43,192 nucleotides of DNA, from NCBI GenBank assembly GCA_027009805.1, contig JALVCQ010000031.1, forward strand, positions 1 to 43,192, given 5' to 3'. Below the pieces are notes generated by a model. That model was not told the DNA's origin. It saw nothing but the letters and a program-made list of their open reading frames with translations, and did not search any database. The position numbers and the translations under genes are program-made. This DNA comes from Bacteroidota bacterium (GTDB lineage Bacteria; Bacteroidota; Bacteroidia; JAADEI01; JALVCQ01). Every line of letters starts with the position of its first letter. Position 1 is the stretch's first letter. This document shows positions 35,356 to 43,192 of this stretch, one piece after another.

Positions 35356-36320
35356 GCTTGGGGCTTCCGCTTTTTCTTTGCCAGAAGTTTGACATACGCC
35401 GGAATGCCCGTTTCCGGTGCTGTAAAGGGCCGGGTAAACCCGCTGCGGCGCAACCGTGTGATGTCGGCCACCAGCCGAAGCGGAAAATGCGGCCGCAGAT
35501 TCGGGGGAATGGGCCGATAAGTAATGTGCGGGGGCTTGCCTAACCCTTCGAATATATAGCGGGCCATCTCGTTAAAGGAGGTGCCCCGTCCTGTGCCCAC
35601 GTTGTAAACGCCCGAAGGCGCCTCGCCCCGGCGCATCATAAAATGCAGCATGACCGCCGCCACGTCTTTCACATGGATAAAGTCCCGCGCCATCGAACCC
35701 GGCGGCACATCGGGCGTGGGGCCTTCAAAAAGCGTGACTTTTCCTGTTTGCAAGATTTCCTGTGTGGCTTTATACACCATCGAAGCCGGCGTGCCCGGTG
35801 GCCCTTCGCCCGGGCCATAGACCTGCATCAGCTTGAGGCCCGCCCAGAAATAGGGTGCCCGCGGTTGCCGGACGGCCCACCGGTCGAAGGCGTGTTTGGT
35901 GCGCCCGTAAGGAGAAGTCGGCCGGAGTTGGTCCAGCAGGGCCGGGTCGTCGGAGACACCTCGTTCGGCCCGGCCATACGTGGTGGCCGATGAGGTGTAA
36001 ACCAACGGAATGCCCCACCGCACGCATTGGCGCCAGAGCGTGCGGGAAAAGAGCGTATTCCACCGATACAATTCTTCCCAATCGCCCCGCCGCTTCCCGC
36101 CGAGGTGAAAAATAAAGTGAACGTCTTTCCCATGCGCCGCCAGCCACCGCAGAAAACGCCGCCGATCAACAAGGGCGGAATAGTAAATGGGACGGACGCG
36201 GTCTAATTTCCACGGGACGGTGAAGTTATCGACCAGCACCAGGTCTCGATATCCCGCCTCGTTGAGAGCCCTCAACAGGTGGCCGGCGATAAAGCCCGCG
36301 GCGCCCGTGACCACAATCAT
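35343..36320 (-). CDS. NAD-dependent epimerase, ADP-glyceromanno-heptose 6-epimerase (HldD)-like
   Basis: VTGAAGFIAGHLLRALNEAGYRDLVLVDNF, TSSATTYG, YGRTK, QVYGPGE, RDFIHVKDVA and NVGTGRGTSF are colinear with E. coli HldD motifs as I remember them. Confidence 0.65.
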   Translation of the reverse strand: MIVVTGAAGFIAGHLLRALNEAGYRDLVLVDNFTVPWKLDRVRPIYYSALVDRRRFLRWLAAHGKDVHFIFHLGGKRRGDWEELYRWNTLFSRTLWRQCVRWGIPLVYTSSATTYGRAERGVSDDPALLDQLRPTSPYGRTKHAFDRWAVRQPRAPYFWAGLKLMQVYGPGEGPPGTPASMVYKATQEILQTGKVTLFEGPTPDVPPGSMARDFIHVKDVAAVMLHFMMRRGEAPSGVYNVGTGRGTSFNEMARYIFEGLGKPPHITYRPIPPNLRPHFPLRLVADITRLRRSGFTRPFTAPETGIPAYVKLLAKKKRKPQAHSR

Positions 36321-37324
36321 GAAGCGGCGATGGTGGGAACGGCTTTCATCAGTTCTTCGATGACGGCCTCGGCGCTCACATTCTCGGCAATGGCCTTGTA
36401 GTTACGGATCAGGCGATGACGCAACACCGGATAGGCCACGGCCCGCACGTCTTCGTTGTCGGGCGAGAGCTTGCCGGCCAGGGCGGCATGGGCTTTGGCA
36501 CCCAGAATCAGATATTGCGAGGCCCGGGGACCGGCGCCCCACGCCACATATTCCCGCACCGCGGCGGGCAGGTCTTCCCCGGTGGGGCGGGTGCGGCGCA
36601 CCAGTTCCACTGCATAGGCAATCACCTGCGGCGGCACCGGCATCCGACGAATCAGCGTCTGGATATATTCAATCGCCGGGCCGTCGATGACGGGCGTCGG
36701 GACGGGCTGCCGATCGGTGGTGGTGCGGGCCACAATCTCGATTTCCTCTTCCCGGGAGGGATAGTCCAACACCACGTTAAACATGAAGCGGTCTAACTGG
36801 GCTTCGGGCAGCGGATAGGTCCCTTCCTGTTCGATGGGGTTTTGCGTAGCCAACACGAAGAAGGGCTTCGGCAGCGGATGGTCGGTGCCCGCCACCGTGA
36901 CTTTTTTCTCCTGCATGGCTTCCAGCAGGGCGGCCTGCGTTTTGGGCGGCGTCCGGTTGATTTCGTCGGCCAGGATGATGTTGGCAAAGATGGGGCCCTT
37001 TACAAAACGCATGTTCCGCTGGGCATCCAGCATTTCGATGCCGGTGATGTCAGAGGGCATCAGGTCGGGTGTAAACTGAATGCGGGAAAAGTCGAGCGCC
37101 AGGGCCTCGGCCAGCGTGTGCACCATCAGCGTCTTGGCCAGCCCCGGCACGCCGATGAGCAACACGTGGCCGCCCGTGAAGACGCCCCACAACAGGGCCT
37201 CGACGCATTCGTCCTGGCCGATGATGACTTTATGGATTTCCCGCCGGAGTTGCTCGGCGGCTTCGGCTACTTTCTGCAGGCCGACGGCGGGATCGGATTG
37301 TTCAAGGTCGGTTCGGGTGATCAT
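36317..37324 (-). CDS. moxR: MoxR-family AAA+ ATPase
   Basis: 335 aa. Walker A GVPGLAKT, Walker B ILADEINR, VLATQNP, and typical MoxR length and C-terminus. Confidence 0.9.
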   Translation of the reverse strand: MITRTDLEQSDPAVGLQKVAEAAEQLRREIHKVIIGQDECVEALLWGVFTGGHVLLIGVPGLAKTLMVHTLAEALALDFSRIQFTPDLMPSDITGIEMLDAQRNMRFVKGPIFANIILADEINRTPPKTQAALLEAMQEKKVTVAGTDHPLPKPFFVLATQNPIEQEGTYPLPEAQLDRFMFNVVLDYPSREEEIEIVARTTTDRQPVPTPVIDGPAIEYIQTLIRRMPVPPQVIAYAVELVRRTRPTGEDLPAAVREYVAWGAGPRASQYLILGAKAHAALAGKLSPDNEDVRAVAYPVLRHRLIRNYKAIAENVSAEAVIEELMKAVPTIAAS

Positions 37325-38666
37325 GGGTTTGATATTTATCTAAGTTCTTACAGTAATGTAACGGCGGCATGATTTTGATAAGCGTGATGCGGGCTTTATT
37401 TTCCACCCATCGTTGAAGGGCGGCTTGTTTTTTTTGCTCAAGGGCCATCTCGGCGATGTGTTCCCAATCTTTTTGGAGGTCGGCCCGATGCGGCGGGATT
37501 TTGTCGATGAGATGGACCAGCCGGTAGGCCCGACTGTCGGCCCCCTGGCGATAGGGCACGGGGGCGCTGATTTGCCCGGGCGTCATGGTGTCGATGACGG
37601 CGAAGGTGCCCAAGTCCAGCTCGTCGATAAACCAGTAGGGCTTGCTGGTTTGCGGGTTGAAGAGCAGGCCGCCGTTGTTTTTGGTGTGAATGTCTTCGGA
37701 ATATTTTTGGGCGGCTTCTTCGAAGGAAATGTGTCCGGCCATGATTTCCTGTCGGAGGCTGTCGAGCTGGTGGATGGTATGTTGGACGGCCTCGTCGGTG
37801 ATGCGCGGGCGGATGAGGATGTGCTGGGTGTGCAGGGCGTCGCCGCGGCGCCCTTTCAATCGGATGATGTGATAGCCGAACTGCGTTTTGACCACGTCCG
37901 AGATGCTGTCGATCAGCAGGCCGCGGGCCACGTTGGCGTAGGCCGGATCGAGGTCCGAGGCGGGCACGAAGCCAAGGTCGCCGCCTTTGGTGGCCGAGGC
38001 GATGTCGTCCGAATACAGAATAGCGAGGTTCTCGAACGATTCGCCTTGCAGGATGCGCCGGCGGATTTCTTTTGCTTTTTCATAAGCCCGCTGCTGGTCT
38101 TCCGGCAGCGGCCGGGGCTTCCGCACCAGATGGGCCACCTTGACCTGCATGTTAAAGTAAGGCAGGCTGTCGGGCGGAATTTTTCGGAAAAAAGCCTTTA
38201 CTTCCGAAGGCGTCACATAGACGTTCTTGACGATCTTGTCGCGGATGCGTTCCACTTTCATGAGCTCGCGCAGCGGGTCCCGCATCTCTTCTTTGATGGC
38301 GGGCAGCGGCTTGCCGTAAAACTGCTCCAGGGCTTCCACGCCGCCGAATTGCTGGATGAAGTAAGCCATTCGGCGGTTGATTTCGGACGAGAGGGTTTTG
38401 GGGTCGATGGTGATGCTGTCTTCTTCGGCCTGAATCAGCAACAACTTTTGCTGGACGAGCATGTCCGCCACCAGGCACTGCTGTTGGGCCAGCGCCAGCG
38501 AGTCGGTGACGGGCAGGGTGGTCATCTCCCGGGCAAGGTCCGAAAACAGGATGCTGTGCGTGCCCACCACGGCGGCCACGCCGTCCATCGGACGGTCGTT
38601 CGATTGGGCCAGGGAGGGCCGCCACATGCCGGCCCCAAGGGCGGCCAAAAGCAATAGATATTTCAT
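37302..38666 (-). CDS. SurA-like periplasmic chaperone / parvulin-type peptidyl-prolyl isomerase
   Basis: Signal MKYLLLLAALGAGMWRPSLAQ, a SurA-N-like region, and the parvulin motif FGYHIIRLKGRR. 3' end overlaps the moxR start by 23 nt. Confidence 0.85.
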   Translation of the reverse strand: MKYLLLLAALGAGMWRPSLAQSNDRPMDGVAAVVGTHSILFSDLAREMTTLPVTDSLALAQQQCLVADMLVQQKLLLIQAEEDSITIDPKTLSSEINRRMAYFIQQFGGVEALEQFYGKPLPAIKEEMRDPLRELMKVERIRDKIVKNVYVTPSEVKAFFRKIPPDSLPYFNMQVKVAHLVRKPRPLPEDQQRAYEKAKEIRRRILQGESFENLAILYSDDIASATKGGDLGFVPASDLDPAYANVARGLLIDSISDVVKTQFGYHIIRLKGRRGDALHTQHILIRPRITDEAVQHTIHQLDSLRQEIMAGHISFEEAAQKYSEDIHTKNNGGLLFNPQTSKPYWFIDELDLGTFAVIDTMTPGQISAPVPYRQGADSRAYRLVHLIDKIPPHRADLQKDWEHIAEMALEQKKQAALQRWVENKARITLIKIMPPLHYCKNLDKYQTHDHPNRP

Positions 38667-39559
38667 TCCGGTAAATTAATCTGGATGGGCACGGGCGGTC
38701 GGGCGCGTGCCCGTTCGAGGATTTCGCCTTTGATTTTTTCGATTTGCTGTGTCAGTTTTTCCTGATAAAGAATTTTCCGGATGGTGGGGGCGGCCATGGG
38801 CAGCGGCATCGGCTCGCCGGGACGGCGCACGTCCTCGACCCAGAACCAGTAAGTGCGGCTTGATGTGGACAGACGGGTGACAGTCTTTTGACGGCGCAGC
38901 AGGCGGGTCCATAGTGTGGGACCGAGTTCCGGAAAGGCGGAGTGGAGCCGGCTGTGATTCATCCAGCGAAGGCCGGCGGCGCAATCGCCGTTGTAGAGGG
39001 CACAGTATTTCAAGAGCGAGTCACTGCCCGAGGTTTCGTCGCGCAGCCAGCCGGCAAGGCGTTTGCGGAGACGGGCGGGAAGGTCGGCGGTATGAAAGGA
39101 TGCAAAACGAAGCCCGATCAGCGTGTCGGGTGAGGGAAACAGGGCCTGATGCTGCCGGTAATATTGCTCGATGTCGGCCGAAGAAACGGCGGTGTCCGGC
39201 GTTTGCAACGCCCGCAAACGCAAATATTCATGCCCCCAGAGGTCCGCTTTAATCTCATCGAGAATGCGGCTCAAGCTGTCTTGCCGATGGGGCGGAAGAT
39301 GTTGCGCCGCCGTAAGGTAGAGGAGTTGCTGATTGACCCACGCCTCCACGGCTTGCTTTTTCCATATGGCGTAAGCGGCCGAGTCGGCCGGCGGTGGGAC
39401 CATGCGATTCAGGTCGGCTTGCGTGAGGACGGCGTCGCCCACCTGGGCCACCACCGGCGAGGCCATCGTGTCGGCGGGTGGAGACGACGGCCAACGGCAG
39501 CCCGTTCCCACCCACAAGCCCAGCCCGCTAAGGCAACAGACGATCCAGCGCTGCTTCAT
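38663..39559 (-). CDS. lipoprotein, SurA-N-like chaperone domain without an obvious parvulin motif
   Basis: Lipoprotein signal MKQRWIVCCLSGLGLWVGTGC. Overlaps both neighbours (4 nt and 32 nt). Confidence 0.5.
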   Translation of the reverse strand: MKQRWIVCCLSGLGLWVGTGCRWPSSPPADTMASPVVAQVGDAVLTQADLNRMVPPPADSAAYAIWKKQAVEAWVNQQLLYLTAAQHLPPHRQDSLSRILDEIKADLWGHEYLRLRALQTPDTAVSSADIEQYYRQHQALFPSPDTLIGLRFASFHTADLPARLRKRLAGWLRDETSGSDSLLKYCALYNGDCAAGLRWMNHSRLHSAFPELGPTLWTRLLRRQKTVTRLSTSSRTYWFWVEDVRRPGEPMPLPMAAPTIRKILYQEKLTQQIEKIKGEILERARARPPVPIQINLPE

Positions 39560-41528
39560 TCACCCGAATCGGATAGCGCCGCTGAAGCCGCGCCACCCAC
39601 TCTTTTTCCAGTTCGTCTTGATAATCGGCCATCACCCGTCCCCGCACGTTCATCAACGGCTCGATACCCGGCGGGATGCGCTTTTCGACAAAGACCAGAT
39701 AGACGGTGCCGTCGAGGTCCACGCGGGCTGTAAACGGCAACGGCGTCTCCGGCTTCATCATCGTCAGGGCGCGGGCCAACGCCGGATTCTCCACGCTGTC
39801 GAATGGTCCTTTGGTATAGGTGATCTTAACGCCTTTTTCATTGTAACGGATGATCTGATCCTGCGACACCGCCGTTCCGTTACGGAGCTGTTCTTCGACG
39901 TCATTACACACCGCAGGGTCATGGCATTGATAGATGACGGCCTGCCACTTGCCCTGATGGCGATAGCGGTCTTTGTGTTGTTCGTAAAAGGCCACCAGTC
40001 CCGCCGAATCTTCCAGCGCCCGCTGCCACACCGAATCCTGCATGATGTTGAACAGCAGCATCCCTTCCCGATATTCCTGCAACAGATAACGATGGTCCGG
40101 GTCTTGCGTGGTGAGGTATTGTTTCAATGCCTCCCGCAACACCGCCTTCGTAAAGGCGTCATATTGTTGACTGAGCTGATAGGGCAGTGTCGAGTCGTCT
40201 TTGAGTTTGATGTGCTCGTTTCGGAGCCATGCGACGAAGTCGGCGACCCGATAGGTTTGTCCTGTTGTGCTCAGTGAGAACAGCGGCTTTTGCAGATGGC
40301 GTGGGTGGTGCAAGGGGCGGGTGGTTTCTAAAATAGTGGTGTCGAGGAATCGGGCTTTGTCCAATACCCGGCGGGCCCGCCGATGGACCTGAAAGCCCAG
40401 GAGCTTCTTGACCTTGCGCAGTCCCGCCGCTTCGGCCACAGCCCGTCGGGCGGGTTCTTGTTCGATGCGCCGCCGAAGAAAGGGGCTGATGGTTTCATAT
40501 TCGGGCAGCGGGTAGTGCCGCAGCCGCTTGATGATGTGAAAGCCATAGGGGCTTCGGACGGGCGGCGATATGTCGCCGTCTTTTTTCAGGGCAAAGGCGG
40601 CGTCCTTAAACGCATCCGGCAGGAAGTTGGAAAAAGAGTTAAAGCGCGGCATGCGGCCGCCCCGCGGCGCCGAGGACGGATCTTCCGAAGAAAGGCGCGC
40701 CAGCTCTTCAAACGGGATTTTTCCCTTCATTGCCAGAGCATACAGCGAATCGGCCTGCCGGCGCTTGCGGGCCACCACGGCCGAGTCGTCTTCCGGCCGC
40801 ACCCGCAGCAGGATGTGTGCCACCTCCATGTCGCCCCGATAGGGCCGCTTGTCCGTCACTTTTATCAGATGATATCCAAACTGCGTCCGAACCGGCATCG
40901 ACACCTCGCCCACCTTCAACCGGTAAGTCGCCGCCTCGAACGGATAAACCATCTGAAATGCCGTGAACCAGCCCAGATCGCCCTTATTGAAGGGCGTGGA
41001 AGGATCTTCCGAGTAGCGCACCGCCGCGCTGTCAAACGGCAGCCCCGCCAGAATTTCCTTGCGGATGCGCATCATCTTTTGATAGGCGGCCTGCGTGTCT
41101 TTCGGCGAAGCCGTCGGCGGCACCGAAATCAGAATGTGCGACGCCCGCAGCTCCCATTGCAGGTGGTCGTAAGCCTCCCGCATCATCTGTTCCACCGCCG
41201 AGTCGTCGAAGAAGTAAGGTTGCAACAGTTGCGCCTCGTAGGTGGCCATTTCCTGACGGAAGTTCTTGGCCGTATCATAGCCCGCATCCTTCGCCGCTTT
41301 CACTTTCAGCTTAAACTTCTTGTAAAGGTCCAGGTAGTTCAGGATGCTTTCTCGGCTGTTGTAGTTGGTGTCCTGAACGTTGTTCTTTCGGTATATGTAG
41401 CGAAATTCGGCGGTCGGGATCGGCCAATTACCCACGGTAAACAAAATGGATGTGTCCGGCGATTGCGCCGCCAGCGGCATCCGAAGGAGGCCCAGGCAAA
41501 GGCCGATGAGCAGGGCAGTCCGTTTCAT
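39528..41528 (-). CDS. peptidyl-prolyl isomerase with two parvulin domains (PpiD/SurA-like)
   Basis: Start at M62 gives the signal MKRTALLIGLCLGLLRMPLAAQ. Two parvulin motifs: FGYHLIKVTDKR and PYGFHIIKRL. Confidence 0.85.
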   Translation of the reverse strand: MKRTALLIGLCLGLLRMPLAAQSPDTSILFTVGNWPIPTAEFRYIYRKNNVQDTNYNSRESILNYLDLYKKFKLKVKAAKDAGYDTAKNFRQEMATYEAQLLQPYFFDDSAVEQMMREAYDHLQWELRASHILISVPPTASPKDTQAAYQKMMRIRKEILAGLPFDSAAVRYSEDPSTPFNKGDLGWFTAFQMVYPFEAATYRLKVGEVSMPVRTQFGYHLIKVTDKRPYRGDMEVAHILLRVRPEDDSAVVARKRRQADSLYALAMKGKIPFEELARLSSEDPSSAPRGGRMPRFNSFSNFLPDAFKDAAFALKKDGDISPPVRSPYGFHIIKRLRHYPLPEYETISPFLRRRIEQEPARRAVAEAAGLRKVKKLLGFQVHRRARRVLDKARFLDTTILETTRPLHHPRHLQKPLFSLSTTGQTYRVADFVAWLRNEHIKLKDDSTLPYQLSQQYDAFTKAVLREALKQYLTTQDPDHRYLLQEYREGMLLFNIMQDSVWQRALEDSAGLVAFYEQHKDRYRHQGKWQAVIYQCHDPAVCNDVEEQLRNGTAVSQDQIIRYNEKGVKITYTKGPFDSVENPALARALTMMKPETPLPFTARVDLDGTVYLVFVEKRIPPGIEPLMNVRGRVMADYQDELEKEWVARLQRRYPIRVNEAALDRLLP

Positions 41529-41563
41529 AGGTTGGATTTTTTGAGGTGCAAAATTGAGTAAGT

Positions 41564-43099
41564 TTAGGGAAACAGCCGCCCATACATCCGCGGGAAGGGA
41601 ATGGCTTCCCGCACATGCGGCAATTTGGCCAGCCACGACACGTAACGTTCGAATCCCAGCCCGAAGCCCGCATGCGGCACCGTCCCGAACCGGCGCAGGT
41701 CCAGATACCACTCGAAAGCTTCTTCCGGCAGATTCTCTTCCCGGATCCGTTGCCGCAGCACCTGCTCGTCGGTCTCCCGCTCGCTGCCGCCCACGATCTC
41801 GCCGTAACCCTCCGGTGCCAGCAAGTCCACGCCCTTCACCAGATCGGGCCGCCCGGGCACGCCCTTCATATAAAAAGCCTTGATGGCCCGCGGCCAGTTA
41901 TAGACCATCACCGGCCGGTCGAACAGCAGCGTAAGCACCGTCTCGTCGGCCCCGCCGAAGTCGTTGCCGAACCGGAAATTCTCCGCCGACTCGATCCACA
42001 GCGGGATGTTCTTCCGCCGCTCTTCCAGCGTGTGCAGGCGGGCTTTCGCCTGATTGAGCTCGGCCTGATAGTAGTTGCGTTTTTTCTCTTTCATCGGCTG
42101 CTTGAGCAAGCCCTCCAACTCGGCGATGCGGCCCTGCACGGATTGAATCTCGGCGCGGGTGTGGTCCAGTTCCTGCCGCCACATCTCCACCGCCGACATG
42201 CCGTTGACGCGCTCGGTGCCGTTGAGCACCCGCACCGCCCGCTCATATTCCAGCCGTTCGAAGGGCTCAGCCACCTTCCGCAGCGGCGCGGGGTCTCGCC
42301 CCAGAATTTCCATCTCCATCCTGCTCTGTTCCACCACTTCCAGCGTCACCGTCCGCACGAAATCCTCGATGAAATCCATCAGCATATCGAGGTCGAAAAA
42401 GGCCATCTCCGGCTCGATCATCCAGAACTCGCTCAGGTGGCGGCGCGTCTTCGACTTTTCGGCCCGAAAGGTGGGCCCGAAGGTGTAAATCCGCCCGAAA
42501 GCCATCGCCATCGCCTCCCCGTAAAGCTGTCCCGACTGCGTCAGGTAGGCTGTCTGATCGTAAAAGGGCGTCGGGAACAGCGTCGTCGTCCCCTCACAAG
42601 CGTTTCCCGTCAGAATCGGTGCATCGGCCTGCACGAAGTCGTGCCGCTGAAAATACCGATGAATGGCCTGAATCGCCCGATTCCGAATTTGCATAATCGC
42701 CCACTGCCGCCGAGACCGAAGCCACAAATGCCGCCGATCCATCAAAAACTCCACCCCGTGCGCCTTCTTCGCAATCGGATAATCCTGCACCACCTGATAC
42801 GCCTTCAGCGTCTCCACATGCACCTCCACGCCGCCCATCTGCCGCGCATCGCTGACCACCTTTCCCCGCACGTAAATCGAACTCTCCAGCCCCAGCTTAC
42901 GGCTCAACGCAAACGCCGCTTCGCCCACCCGGTCCCGCTCCACCACACACTGCACAAACCCCGTTCCGTCCCGAAGCACGATAAACGTCCGCAGCTTCGA
43001 GTCCCGTCGATTGGCCACCCACCCCTGCAATTCCACCGTTTGCCCCACGTGCGCCGGCAGGTGCTTGACCAATGTGGCATCCCGAGTAAATGGTTCCAT
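41564..43099 (-). CDS. asnS: asparagine--tRNA ligase
   Basis: 511 aa. N-terminal OB fold (VELQGWVANRRDSKLRTFIVLRDGTG). Class II motifs GPTFRAEKS, GYGEIVGGSERE and GFGLGFERYV. C-terminal IPFPRMYGRLFP. Confidence 0.88.
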   Translation of the reverse strand: MEPFTRDATLVKHLPAHVGQTVELQGWVANRRDSKLRTFIVLRDGTGFVQCVVERDRVGEAAFALSRKLGLESSIYVRGKVVSDARQMGGVEVHVETLKAYQVVQDYPIAKKAHGVEFLMDRRHLWLRSRRQWAIMQIRNRAIQAIHRYFQRHDFVQADAPILTGNACEGTTTLFPTPFYDQTAYLTQSGQLYGEAMAMAFGRIYTFGPTFRAEKSKTRRHLSEFWMIEPEMAFFDLDMLMDFIEDFVRTVTLEVVEQSRMEMEILGRDPAPLRKVAEPFERLEYERAVRVLNGTERVNGMSAVEMWRQELDHTRAEIQSVQGRIAELEGLLKQPMKEKKRNYYQAELNQAKARLHTLEERRKNIPLWIESAENFRFGNDFGGADETVLTLLFDRPVMVYNWPRAIKAFYMKGVPGRPDLVKGVDLLAPEGYGEIVGGSERETDEQVLRQRIREENLPEEAFEWYLDLRRFGTVPHAGFGLGFERYVSWLAKLPHVREAIPFPRMYGRLFP

Positions 43100-43127
43100 C
43101 CTGTGTCGCTTCTGTTTTAGGGAGCGG

Positions 43128-43135
43128 CAAACTTA
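43128..43135 (-). promoter_or_regulatory. candidate -7 box TAAGTTTG
   Basis: Exact TAnnTTTG match on the minus strand, 28 nt upstream of the asnS ATG. Confidence 0.3.
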
Positions 43136-43176
43136 CGCTTGCCATAACGAACGTCTCGGGCGTTTTTATGATGAAT

Positions 43177-43192
43177 TTTTTGGGCGTGCCCC
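43177..43192 (+). repeat. 16-mer TTTTTGGGCGTGCCCC at the window edge (probable start of another repeat element)
   Basis: Identical to 1459..1474 and 31405..31420. The window ends here, so what follows is unknown. Confidence 0.7.

Noticed and set aside
36317-37324. MoxR as part of a Bat (Bacteroides aerotolerance)-type operon
   Set aside because: No DUF58, VWA (BatA/BatB) or TPR Bat genes flank it. The flanking genes are PPIases and an epimerase.

Overview
This is a gene-dense 43.2 kb chromosomal segment of roughly 60% GC (by-eye estimate). No searches were run; functional calls rest on motifs read from the ORF translations. The gene content points to a high-GC, possibly thermophilic, member of Bacteroidota or Rhodothermota. 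Lineage markers are a fused lpxC-fabZ, a PorX-type receiver+PglZ regulator, a type IX secretion (T9SS) C-terminal sorting domain, a GLPGLI-family protein, a b558-type SdhC, and TAnnTTTG -7 boxes. Most of the window is housekeeping: (1) a split lipid A/LPS cluster (HD hydrolase-lpxD-lpxC/fabZ-lpxA-small ABC ATPase, then LptF/G-family permease-GT4-lpxK), interrupted by two tRNA-Ser genes and a Trm1-family tRNA methyltransferase; (2) a six-gene minus-strand ABC block (Opp-like binding protein plus two oversized permeases, then phnD-phnC-phnE); (3) sdhCAB; (4) outer-membrane genes (DUF4468-like, TPR/PD40/OmpA, GLPGLI plus a large beta-barrel); (5) an overlapping minus-strand block of PPIase-lipoprotein-PPIase-MoxR-epimerase; (6) asnS, tsaE, a truncated MFS transporter and tRNA-Glu. 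I see no clear novel multi-gene system such as a defence island. The least-explained signals are non-coding: a cluster of 28-bp GTAG...CTAC palindromes, a ~150-bp MITE-like composite repeat present in at least two inverted copies, a 16-mer found at four intergenic sites, and a 470-bp repeat mosaic. Also of note are a low-GC serine-hydrolase gene next to tRNA-Glu, a bacterial Trm1, a degenerate ABC ATPase coupled to lpxA, an uncharacterised T9SS cargo, and a MoxR ATPase lacking its usual VWA partner.
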